This document shows, one piece after another, positions 1 to 9,239 of a DNA stretch of 11,150 bases. The DNA lies in IMG/VR virus record IMGVR_UViG_3300012533_000005; one strand, written 5' to 3'. Origin of the DNA: a virus. Lineage: Duplodnaviria > Heunggongvirae > Uroviricota > Caudoviricetes. How positions within the stretch are numbered: the stretch's first letter is position 1; every line of letters begins with the position of its first letter. A program made the position numbers and the translations under genes. Under the pieces are notes generated by a model. The model worked only from the letters and a program-made list of their open reading frames with translations, was not told the DNA's origin and made no database searches.

Positions 1-2
1 CG

Positions 3-173
3 GTTATTCTTAATACCCTTGATGGTGTTCTATTCCCAAACACTATTAAAATATGTAAAGTTGATTTAGATAGATTTAAAATGATAAATATCATTCAAAG
101 CGAATTAGGAAACACAGAAATTAGCAAAGATGATGTTTATAAATATTGCACTTCATTTGAACAAAACCTTTAA
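3..173 (+). CDS. 3' end of an upstream gene, hypothetical protein (partial, 5'-truncated)
   Basis: Frame 3 is open from the window start to TAA at 171-173 (VILNTLDGVLFPNTIKICKVDLDRFKMINIIQSELGNTEISKDDVYKYCTSFEQNL*). It ends 14 nt before the next ATG, and its codon style matches the other genes. It is not in the supplied ORF track. Confidence 0.8.
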   Translation, partial: VILNTLDGVLFPNTIKICKVDLDRFKMINIIQSELGNTEISKDDVYKYCTSFEQNL

Positions 174-187
174 AAAACAAATTAGTA

Positions 188-3100
188 ATGGACAAAAATT
201 TCATACAACACCAAGTATCTTCTTTTAAAGATTTAGTTGAATTATTAGAATATAATTTCATATCTGAAAATAATAGCTATAAGCTTATTGATTTGGTTAA
301 GAACCAAATACTCGTTATGGGTAAAAGTAAGATGCCATATCTTTCGGATTTGTTATCAGAAAAATCAGGTGGTAACTCTAGTTGGTTTAGAATGAATATT
401 TCTCCTGAATATGCTGATATATTATATAATGCAGATAATCATGAAGTTGTTTATAAAAACTTCGTTTCTCTTTACAACACATATATACTAACAGTAGGTG
501 ATTCTAAAGTAATAAACTTTGGTAGTTCTAGTGATTTATCTTTTACATCTTGGTCAAGTGGTGGAGCAAGTTTTGGAATAGACACTCAGAATATATCATA
601 TATATATAATCAAAACTTTAATAATTCAATAGAAGATAAAAACTTAAATCTTTCTCAGCAAAATATTGATAGGTACAATGGTATATCAAATGTTTTTGCT
701 AATAGAATATCCTTCAATGAATCATCAATAGACAAAGGAAAGGGGTTTGTTTATTTTAATGAACAACTTAAATCAGTTATATTAAATCAATATGGGATTA
801 AAGGTATAGTTCCTTTAGCTAGTAACTTTTCATTTAGACCTGATGATTCAGGTAAGCAGATTCAGTTATCTATTAGTGATTATTATAATGATAGTTATGA
901 TACATCACGTTATTTAAGTGAACTTACTGATACAACTCTATTGGCTTATAACGTTAATCTATTTAATGATTTATTAAAGCTGAGAGAAAGCGTAAAATTA
1001 AAGTCAAACTCAGAATCAGGAAATACTTATATTGATAAAATAAATAAAGAAAATTTAATAAACAATAATTATAAGTTTTATGCTTTAGCATCTTTAAAGG
1101 ATAAAAACAGCTCATATATAAAAACGGCAGTAAATATTGTTTTTAATAAAGAGCAAACTGTATCAGCAGTTGTTGATGGTTATGATTTTTATTATGCCGT
1201 TATGATATTGTGTTTAATGGATTCTGATGCGACTTTTGATATTTATTTTGACCAAGATGCAGAAAGAGTTGTTCTTATAGGAAACAAAACATTGTCTGTT
1301 AAAGTTCCTAGTGGTTTTGACCAAACTACTATGAGTATTACTTATGAATATAAAGATGTTCCTTTTATTTTAACATTACCAACATTAACAGCAGATTATC
1401 CAAATGTAGTTAATGAAAACTGGATGTTCTTATATTCATCATCTACGTCTTTGAAGGAAATTATACAATTCACAAAAGAATCAGAAGATATTTCAAAAAT
1501 AAAAATACCAACTGATTTTATTAATCAAAAAAATATTATTGATAAAACTCAGTTGTTTAAGATAGAAACAGTTGAGGATAAAATAAACAGCTCAAAATTA
1601 AAAGGCTCAGAGTTACTTGATAAGGTTGTAGAATATGTAGATGAATATATTCAGACTTATGCTGTTAGAAAAAAGATTGAGGAAAAAGATGAAAACGATA
1701 ATGTTGTTGAAGTGTGGGAAACCTATGAAGCCGATACTAATAATGCAAGATTTAATATTAATGGAAAAACTAACTATGATTATGTTTGGAAAGTAAATGA
1801 GAAGTTTTGGAGATACAATAGGCATATATCGGTAAGAGATTTAGTTGCTTATTTTATTGCTAAAGGCGATAAGTATGAATACAGACTTTTATCATATAGA
1901 ATACTTGGTGTGGATTGTTATCTTTTCAAAGAAAAACTTACTGAGCAATTACTAATAGAGGGATTATTATGCGTTGAAGATTTTGCTATTAATGTTCAAG
2001 ATAAATCTATTGAGAAACCTTTAGTTTTATCATATAAATATGAATACGCAACTGGTAATTATTATAAGAAAAGAGCTAAATTAAGACGTACATCTCAGGA
2101 TAAATTAGATTATATGTCTACTTATCCTATGGTTGAAAGTATTATGCTTTATTATGGTGAAGATTTAGGTGAAAATATTATACAAAATCAAATATCATTT
2201 TTGGAAAGTGATTTAGTAAGACCAAAAGAAATGATTTTTGATACTAAGGATGATAGAAGAAGATTATATTCACATCCATTAGACCCAATATTTTTAACTG
2301 AAGATAATCAATTTCTAAAAAAGAAGAACTCATTTGGTAAAGGGCTTGTTTTAAAAGAATTTAATAGCTATTTATCATCAGCAAATATTCAAAACACACA
2401 AGTTACTAGAAGTGAGTTGATGTACGGATATGTACTTAGATTGCCTGAGAGTGTGACAATTCCATTAGAATTTATAAATCAATTCAATTGTTTTAAAATA
2501 TCAATATTACCAAAGGAAAGTGATTTGAATAATAAGGGAGTTGATGTGTTTGCTGTATTTGGATTGTATGATTTAAAGAACGCAAGTCCTTTATTTATTG
2601 GAGATTCTGCTAATTCAATAAGCTGTAAAGAGTATATAGCTAATAAGCCTTATGGCGGAACTATAAGTATAAGAAGAAAGCCAACTAAGGCTTCAGGTGC
2701 TTCTGATGATGGTACTTATGCTTTCAGTAAATCATTAAAATATTTGACTGATAATTCATACGATAATTTATTTGAAGGTAAATTTATTACGGATATTGAG
2801 AGAGATACTAAAAAAATACCAAAAGAAAAGAAAAAGGCAATAGTTTCTGAGATATTAATTGCATATAATACTAAACAGCCAAAGGTTATAAAGGAGGGTG
2901 ATTATCAATTCAATAAGTTTATGATTGATAGGGTAGATGAAATAGATGTACTTAAAATGCAACAGATTTGGAATGAAACTTATAACTATATAATGTACCC
3001 TAAAAAAGAGGTTAAGGTTAACTATGGAGATGGTACAATATTAAAGTTAGATAATAGTAAATTCCCTATATTTATTGAACATAGTAGATTTTTTAAAGAG

Positions 3101-6100
3101 GAAACTACTAATGAATTTTTATTAAATAACAATCAAATAGACGGTATAAAATTCCACGTTGGTAATTATAATAGTAGTCTATTAGCACACGAAGTTGGTT
3201 TTGGTAAAACAACTACCGCAATATGTTCTTTATCTCATAATTTCCTTACTGGACAGGCAAAGAGAACAATGATTAGTGTTCCTAATCCTACCTATGTAAA
3301 CTGGATTGCTGAAAGTAAGGGGCAATTATTGCCTGATGGTAAAATATCAAGAGGTTTAATTCCTCATGTAAATATTGTTGAATTAAAGAATGCAAGGAAA
3401 GATGTGTTTTTACAATATGATAAAAAGACTTTTACTCAAACAGATGGTGTAAAGAAATATACTAAGAACCAAATTGAGAATATTCATAATTTCCAAGATG
3501 TAACATCAACTATAATTAAAGAATTGACAAGGGTTGGTGATTTGTATTTCGCTGACTATGCACCTGAAGGTAAAAAAGAAAATTATTCAGACCTTATTAA
3601 GTTTATTGAAAAAGTATTCGATAAAAATTTAGTTGAATGGAGGCTTGAAGATTTCTTCAACGAATATTCTTCAAATATTATAGACGAAAAAGACAAATAT
3701 GAGGATAAATTCAAAGATGAATTAAGTAAAATACAGAGTGATGAAAACGATATTGTTGATAAAATTTACACTAACAATAAAGGATTATCAAGTATTGAGG
3801 TTAATGAAGAAGTAAAGAAAACAAAAGAAAAGTATAGTGATAAAAAGGTTAAATTACTTGATAAATTAGTTAGAGAGTTTACTAATGAGATTTTATCAAT
3901 AATTAAATCAAAATCACAATCTATATTTGACAGAATTGGTGTTTATCAAGAGTGCTTCTTACAGAAAAATTCATTGATTATATCTACTCACGAAGCAATT
4001 GGTCAATTAAGAGTAAAGAGAGATGTGGCATTTGCTGTTGCGGAAGAACTTAAAGATAACTTTGTATTTGGTACTGATTTATTAAAAAACCCTATCGGAT
4101 TTGATAAATTAGAAATAGATTCTATAATTGTTGACGAAATACATAATTTCAATGAATTATTTGCCTATTCAAAAAGACAAATATCACAGCTTATGGCTAT
4201 TCGTAAAATGAAGGGTAGAGGAACTCACAAATTAGATTTCATAAGAAGTGATTACGAAAACTTTAATTATCTATCAAATATTAGTGGTTTAAGATATGCT
4301 AAAAAAGCAAGAGGAACTAATATGAGTTCTGTAATTAAATTTAATTTATCAGCATCTTCAACAAGTTCAAAGAAAGCTACTCTTTTTGGAATATGTAAAA
4401 CATTACAAAATAATTTTAGAGAAAAAAGAGCGTTGAATATAATGTTGCTTTCAGCAACTCCTTTCGTTGATGATTTATTTCAAATGATTGGTGTATTTAA
4501 CATGATTAGACCATTCCAAATGCCGATTAACTTCTTCTCTAACTACTTATATCAAGATTGGGATTGGGAGAATGACCATAAGGGAGAAACTGTGTTAAAG
4601 GTTCAGACATCTGATTTTAAAAATGACGAAGCTAGAAATAACTGGATTAAATTATTCAGTCAGTTTTATACATTTGATGCTCGTATTAATGCTAATAGAC
4701 CTAATAAATTTACATATCCGTTTGATTGTAAGAGTAATTCAAATCAATATGAGGATAATTGTAACTCTAATGTTTATTTAAATTTTTCAGAGGAGCAGTA
4801 TAAGATTTATAAGAATATCGGACAGTTTGTTGATGGTACTCTTGGTAAAGAAAGTATTGTTAAGTCTGTACCTAATACAGTTAAGGTTTCAACAGATATT
4901 TATATTGACCCTGTTTTATTAGAAGATGTAAAAAAATATATTGATTCATCAAATGATATGTATGCTCCTGAATTAGCAGTAGTAGAATTTATTGAAAATG
5001 ATTGGATGGATGTTGTTAATGACAAGAAACATCCAAATAATAAAGAAATAACAGATATTTATCTTTTATTAAAAGATGAAATTGATGCAGAGTTAGGCGA
5101 AGATGATGAAGATGATGAAGCAGAGGGAAAAGCAGATGAAGATGGTGAAACTAAGGTAGCCGATACTAATGATAAATCACAATATAGTGGTGTTGGTACA
5201 AGTGATAGTGGTACTAGAGCCTTGCAGGGTCAAGATTATGGAAAGAAATTAGCCTTATCTCCTTATATGGTAACGCCTCAAGGTGCTAAAAAAGGAGAAA
5301 TTAATCCCGACCTACCTCCACTTTACGGAATGAATACTCCTGAGAATATTACTAAATCTGCTATAAATTTTGTTGAAACATCTCCTAAAATTTATTTCAC
5401 AGTTAAGTCTATTGAGTGCTTAATCAAAAAGCATATTGAAAATAAAGAAGATATTTCAGGTCAGATTATTTATATGGCTTGGGGTCAAGGTTTTTGGTAT
5501 GGTGGTGTTAAGTACAATGGAATGGAATTAATAAAAGCATATCTTAAAAACTCTTTAGACTTAAATAACAAATTCACTATTGAGGTAAGTGAATCATCAG
5601 GCTCGGCAGTAAAAGTTAAGTGCGGAGATGTTGAGAATTTAACAGGTGAAAAAATAGAAGCTAAGACCAAAAAGTATGTATTAGAGGAGGTTCAGATATT
5701 AAGTGGTAAAAGCCCTGACGCTTTAAGAAAAAAAGCTATATCTGACTCGTTTAATGATGGTAGAATAAAAGTACTTATTGGTTCAGGTACTATTAAAGAG
5801 GGTATAAACCTACAAGGTCAAAAGAATAGTAAAATAGTTCATGGTAACTCTACAATTTATGTTTTAACAGCAGAATATGCACCTATGGCTATGATGCAGT
5901 TAGAGGGTCGTATTTGGCGACAAGGAAATCCTCTTGAAAACGTAAGGATTGTTTACCCTTTAATTAAGAACTCTATTGATAATCACATTTATTCAAAATT
6001 AAATGAGAAAATTAAAAAAGTAAAGAATATGCTTGAAGCAGGTATTTATGATTTTAAAGAAACTCAGTTTGAGAAAGATATTGAGGGTGTTTCAATGTCA

Positions 6101-7366
6101 TTGAATACTAATATTCAAGAAAAAATCAAGATTAAATGGAGTGCGGAAGAAAGAAAAATTGGCGAATTAATTAAAAGGATAAGTAATATTAAAGATAGGA
6201 TTGTAAAAGTTAAGGATAGATATACAGAGGCAAATAGTTCAGCTATTGAATTGGTTACTGTTTATAATGCTGTGTCTAAAAGTATAGAAGATTATTATCT
6301 TGGTAAATATATTCGTGAAACATACAAGTCATTATCTGAAAAGATTAAAGAAGAAATTAAGTCTAAAAAGATAGCATTACAAGATAGACTTTCTAAAGTA
6401 TATGAAAAAGATTTGCTTGAATGGCAGAAATTAAGAGATGCAAATGAAAAAATTAATGAGGAAAACGAAAAGAAAAACAAAGCAAATGAAAAACTAATTA
6501 AGGATAAGAAGGCTACTAAGATTGAAAATGTTGAATTTACAATAGGTAAGCCTTTGAAGAAAGATGATAAGTATCAACCTGATTATACTGAGATTGACTT
6601 AGATGAAGAACAAATGTTGAGAGATGCTAAAGATAAAGCGGTTGAGGTTAATACTAAAAAGCTTAACGATAATTTATTTACTAATGATGAAATACCATAC
6701 ATACATAAGCAGATAAATATATCAATGCCTTATAATGATATTTCATCTTCGGTTGGTAAATTATTATCTGTAATATCAATTCTTCAAGTAACTCCTATTG
6801 ACAGCGATGAAATGAGAGTTGTAAATAGCTCTATTACTGTATCGGGATATTATTGGGCATTAGAAGGTAAATCTGAATATATTGATTATGCTTTTGCTAA
6901 AGTATTAAATGATAATTCAAGTACTTCCCCTACACTATCTCAAAAAATGGCAAAATCTATTAAGGATAATAATGTTAAAAACGAAAGTGGTAGCGTATTC
7001 TTGTTTAAAGATTTCTGTAAATTATTTACAAATGGTGGTGCTTACGAAAATGTAATGTCTGATTACCAATCACTTGTTAAGCCTAAATTTGATATTTCTA
7101 ATATTGATAGTTTAATAATTAGTCTTAATACTGAAATATCTAATTATAACACGCAGTTAACAGAAAAGGATAAATTTGATACTAAATGGAAAGCAATTTT
7201 TGAGGCTGAAGAAGAAAAGATTCGTAAAGAAAGAGAATCGTTGACAAATATGAAGCAATTTGTATTGCTTGATGTGAATAAGTTCTGTGAAACAAATAAA
7301 TTTGTTTACATGAAGGACACATTAACAAAGGAAGAAGAACAAGAAATGTTTAAAATTAAAAAATAA
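188..7366 (+). CDS. Giant SF2 helicase/ATPase, DarB-like / SNF2-related family (2392 aa), no recognisable methyltransferase domain
   Basis: Ordered SF2 motifs: pre-motif LNNNQIDGI; motif I LLAHEVGFGKTT (aa ~998-1009); Ia ISVPNPTYVNW (aa 1029-1039); IISTHEAI (aa 1264-1271); motif II FDKLEIDSIIVDEIHNFNEL (DEIH aa 1316-1319); III LLSATP (S1422); IV GQIIY; V GRIKVLIGSGTIKEGINLQ (to Q1876); VI QLEGRIWRQGN (aa 1904-1914), then VRIVYPLIKNSID. The HEVGxGKT, DExHNF and GRIxRQGN forms are typical of DarB-like helicases. Confidence 0.9.
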   Translation: MDKNFIQHQVSSFKDLVELLEYNFISENNSYKLIDLVKNQILVMGKSKMPYLSDLLSEKSGGNSSWFRMNISPEYADILYNADNHEVVYKNFVSLYNTYILTVGDSKVINFGSSSDLSFTSWSSGGASFGIDTQNISYIYNQNFNNSIEDKNLNLSQQNIDRYNGISNVFANRISFNESSIDKGKGFVYFNEQLKSVILNQYGIKGIVPLASNFSFRPDDSGKQIQLSISDYYNDSYDTSRYLSELTDTTLLAYNVNLFNDLLKLRESVKLKSNSESGNTYIDKINKENLINNNYKFYALASLKDKNSSYIKTAVNIVFNKEQTVSAVVDGYDFYYAVMILCLMDSDATFDIYFDQDAERVVLIGNKTLSVKVPSGFDQTTMSITYEYKDVPFILTLPTLTADYPNVVNENWMFLYSSSTSLKEIIQFTKESEDISKIKIPTDFINQKNIIDKTQLFKIETVEDKINSSKLKGSELLDKVVEYVDEYIQTYAVRKKIEEKDENDNVVEVWETYEADTNNARFNINGKTNYDYVWKVNEKFWRYNRHISVRDLVAYFIAKGDKYEYRLLSYRILGVDCYLFKEKLTEQLLIEGLLCVEDFAINVQDKSIEKPLVLSYKYEYATGNYYKKRAKLRRTSQDKLDYMSTYPMVESIMLYYGEDLGENIIQNQISFLESDLVRPKEMIFDTKDDRRRLYSHPLDPIFLTEDNQFLKKKNSFGKGLVLKEFNSYLSSANIQNTQVTRSELMYGYVLRLPESVTIPLEFINQFNCFKISILPKESDLNNKGVDVFAVFGLYDLKNASPLFIGDSANSISCKEYIANKPYGGTISIRRKPTKASGASDDGTYAFSKSLKYLTDNSYDNLFEGKFITDIERDTKKIPKEKKKAIVSEILIAYNTKQPKVIKEGDYQFNKFMIDRVDEIDVLKMQQIWNETYNYIMYPKKEVKVNYGDGTILKLDNSKFPIFIEHSRFFKEETTNEFLLNNNQIDGIKFHVGNYNSSLLAHEVGFGKTTTAICSLSHNFLTGQAKRTMISVPNPTYVNWIAESKGQLLPDGKISRGLIPHVNIVELKNARKDVFLQYDKKTFTQTDGVKKYTKNQIENIHNFQDVTSTIIKELTRVGDLYFADYAPEGKKENYSDLIKFIEKVFDKNLVEWRLEDFFNEYSSNIIDEKDKYEDKFKDELSKIQSDENDIVDKIYTNNKGLSSIEVNEEVKKTKEKYSDKKVKLLDKLVREFTNEILSIIKSKSQSIFDRIGVYQECFLQKNSLIISTHEAIGQLRVKRDVAFAVAEELKDNFVFGTDLLKNPIGFDKLEIDSIIVDEIHNFNELFAYSKRQISQLMAIRKMKGRGTHKLDFIRSDYENFNYLSNISGLRYAKKARGTNMSSVIKFNLSASSTSSKKATLFGICKTLQNNFREKRALNIMLLSATPFVDDLFQMIGVFNMIRPFQMPINFFSNYLYQDWDWENDHKGETVLKVQTSDFKNDEARNNWIKLFSQFYTFDARINANRPNKFTYPFDCKSNSNQYEDNCNSNVYLNFSEEQYKIYKNIGQFVDGTLGKESIVKSVPNTVKVSTDIYIDPVLLEDVKKYIDSSNDMYAPELAVVEFIENDWMDVVNDKKHPNNKEITDIYLLLKDEIDAELGEDDEDDEAEGKADEDGETKVADTNDKSQYSGVGTSDSGTRALQGQDYGKKLALSPYMVTPQGAKKGEINPDLPPLYGMNTPENITKSAINFVETSPKIYFTVKSIECLIKKHIENKEDISGQIIYMAWGQGFWYGGVKYNGMELIKAYLKNSLDLNNKFTIEVSESSGSAVKVKCGDVENLTGEKIEAKTKKYVLEEVQILSGKSPDALRKKAISDSFNDGRIKVLIGSGTIKEGINLQGQKNSKIVHGNSTIYVLTAEYAPMAMMQLEGRIWRQGNPLENVRIVYPLIKNSIDNHIYSKLNEKIKKVKNMLEAGIYDFKETQFEKDIEGVSMSLNTNIQEKIKIKWSAEERKIGELIKRISNIKDRIVKVKDRYTEANSSAIELVTVYNAVSKSIEDYYLGKYIRETYKSLSEKIKEEIKSKKIALQDRLSKVYEKDLLEWQKLRDANEKINEENEKKNKANEKLIKDKKATKIENVEFTIGKPLKKDDKYQPDYTEIDLDEEQMLRDAKDKAVEVNTKKLNDNLFTNDEIPYIHKQINISMPYNDISSSVGKLLSVISILQVTPIDSDEMRVVNSSITVSGYYWALEGKSEYIDYAFAKVLNDNSSTSPTLSQKMAKSIKDNNVKNESGSVFLFKDFCKLFTNGGAYENVMSDYQSLVKPKFDISNIDSLIISLNTEISNYNTQLTEKDKFDTKWKAIFEAEEEKIRKERESLTNMKQFVLLDVNKFCETNKFVYMKDTLTKEEEQEMFKIKK
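3185..5929 (+). other. SF2 helicase core (motif I to motif VI) within the giant ORF
   Basis: Motif I at 3185-3211, DEIH at 4133-4144, SATP at 4451-4462, motif V at 5771-5815 and motif VI at 5897-5929. The catalytic residues (GKT, DE, QxxGRxxR) are intact. Confidence 0.9.
5075..5149 (+). repeat. Acidic low-complexity tract inside the helicase (DEIDAELGEDDEDDEAEGKADEDGE)
   Basis: 16 of 25 residues are D/E (aa 1630-1654). It includes a tandem GATGATGAA x2 at 5102-5119. Confidence 0.85.
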
Positions 7367-7371
7367 TTGAT

Positions 7372-9234
7372 ATGAGCTTAGATAAGGATTCATTAGTAAA
7401 TTTATTAGGAAGTCAAAATGCTGATTTTTTAGAAAACCAGTTTCAGCAACCATCTGAATATGCTTTTATAAATAAGTATATTAAAACATTAAAGAAAAAA
7501 ATATCTGTTGCCGTATCTTTTGATAAGGTTATTAATGATGAAATAACATATAATGAATTTGAAGATTCATTAAAATCTGATGTTTCAATTAATATTAATT
7601 ATAAAGGATACTTTGTTAAAGGTTCAATAACGGACAATAACTTTTATCAATTACTTTCATTCCTAAACTGTAATATAGTTCCTAGAATAAGTGGCACGGA
7701 TAACGCTTTGATTTTTAATAATGAACAATATAGATTATTTGTAAATAATTTTGATTCAGAAGATAAAAATATCGCCATATTATTTAAGAAAGAATCTAAG
7801 GAAGATATGAGTATCTTATTAGGCTTATACTTCGATGATATTGAAGAAATTAAGGAAATGGATGAAACAGCTATTCTTAATTTACAAATACAGGATATTG
7901 ATAGCCTAAGTTATAAAACAGAATACTCGGACTACAATACGGGTGCTAACCTTGTTGAGATTCAGGATTCACTTTATAAAACATATTCTTATAATCCAGT
8001 TGATTATCTATTGACTTTAGGTTTGATTTACCGCCTTAAACAATTAGGTTTAGACAGGTCTTATATTACCTATATAGCAACAAATAATCGTGGATTTAAT
8101 ATATTAAACTCAAATACACATATTAAGTTAAACCAATCTTTAATAGAATCTATTTTAGGGCTTGGATATATTGATGATGATTATTCTATAACTGAATCAG
8201 GTAGGTCTGCATTATTATTGATTAATCATATAACACCAATGAAGTCTAATAACTATGGTAATTTTTATGTGACTGTAAGTAATATTGTTAGCTCTAAACA
8301 ATTGACTCAGGATAAATTAGTTTCAATAGGAATTGACAACACCTCTCTTTTTGGTATTCGTGATGAATTTTTTGTTGGTGAAAAAGCCTTAATGGGTATG
8401 TCAACTGGTATGTTCATGTCAGATATAAACTATAATTCAGGGGTTTTAAATTCAATAAATCTATTAAAAGAAGCAAAAGCTATCGGATATTTATCTAATG
8501 TTACAATATCTAACACCGAAAGCCTTGAATTTGAGATATGTCAGCAGCTATTCAATACATTTGATGATGATAGTTTGAACATTATTGGCGGTCTTGTTGC
8601 AATAAAAACATATAATTCAAAAGAAGCTATTTATGTAAATTCTTTAATTTATAAGTTAATCAATAAGACCTATGGTAACGTAACTCCTTATGTATCTAGT
8701 TCTGATTCTTCATATATAGTATTTAAAGATGATTCAGGAAACACGGTAGGGGTGATTAAATCTAAAAAATACATTTGCCAAAAAGAATTTATTGGCACAC
8801 AGGATTTACAATTATTAATAAGCAAAATTAACAAGAACTATAATTCAAATGTAGTTCAAGGATTAAATATTTCTGAAAACCAACCTAATGTTATTGGTAT
8901 AGGATTTATAGAGAAATCTGAATTAACATCCGAAGATTTCCAAAAGATAATGTCAGTTCCATTTAAAGAGTTAAGGTCTATTTTAGGTAATTTAAATAGA
9001 GATAATTACTTTAATGAACTTGATTTAAATGAAGCCATTGCAAGGGTTATTGTAGCAAGGAAAGGTGATTACGATAAGTTTGAAAGCGATGTTAAGGAAG
9101 AAATGGGTAAAAAACTGAAAGCACTAGAGGTTATTAATGAGTATTATACAGGAGTTGGTAATGAGGAGAAGAAAACATATTATTTTGACTTAATAGAGGC
9201 TTTTAAAAATAAAATTGATAACTTTAGATTATAA
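7372..9234 (+). CDS. Hypothetical protein (620 aa) with a possible winged-helix-like segment
   Basis: Long ORF starting 5 nt after the helicase stop. No confident family match. The segment LIESILGLGYIDDDYSITESGRSALL resembles the C-terminal end of a wHTH. Confidence 0.88.
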   Translation: MSLDKDSLVNLLGSQNADFLENQFQQPSEYAFINKYIKTLKKKISVAVSFDKVINDEITYNEFEDSLKSDVSININYKGYFVKGSITDNNFYQLLSFLNCNIVPRISGTDNALIFNNEQYRLFVNNFDSEDKNIAILFKKESKEDMSILLGLYFDDIEEIKEMDETAILNLQIQDIDSLSYKTEYSDYNTGANLVEIQDSLYKTYSYNPVDYLLTLGLIYRLKQLGLDRSYITYIATNNRGFNILNSNTHIKLNQSLIESILGLGYIDDDYSITESGRSALLLINHITPMKSNNYGNFYVTVSNIVSSKQLTQDKLVSIGIDNTSLFGIRDEFFVGEKALMGMSTGMFMSDINYNSGVLNSINLLKEAKAIGYLSNVTISNTESLEFEICQQLFNTFDDDSLNIIGGLVAIKTYNSKEAIYVNSLIYKLINKTYGNVTPYVSSSDSSYIVFKDDSGNTVGVIKSKKYICQKEFIGTQDLQLLISKINKNYNSNVVQGLNISENQPNVIGIGFIEKSELTSEDFQKIMSVPFKELRSILGNLNRDNYFNELDLNEAIARVIVARKGDYDKFESDVKEEMGKKLKALEVINEYYTGVGNEEKKTYYFDLIEAFKNKIDNFRL

Positions 9235-9239
9235 TAATT

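Noticed and set aside
1613-1825. 70-aa minus-strand ORF
   Set aside because: Antisense shadow fully inside the helicase gene. The I/F-rich composition is what the reverse complement of K/E/N codons produces.
2642-2653. IANKPYG as a degenerate N6-MTase NPPY motif
   Set aside because: The first Pro is missing, there is no upstream SAM-binding glycine motif at suitable spacing, and it lies close to the helicase core rather than in an N-terminal MTase position.
3922-3929. Other TAnnTTTG matches inside coding regions (e.g. TATATTTG at 3922-3929)
   Set aside because: Expected by chance in AT-rich DNA, and no downstream gene start supports an internal promoter.
3400-3965. Intein or homing-endonuclease explanation for the helicase insertion
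   Set aside because: No N-terminal C/S block, TxxH, LAGLIDADG or terminal HN+C/S/T signature.
5485-5670. 61-aa minus-strand ORF
   Set aside because: Antisense to the conserved helicase region between motifs IV and V, with no independent support.
6295-6480. 61-aa minus-strand ORF
   Set aside because: F/S/L-rich shadow of a K/E-rich coiled coil.
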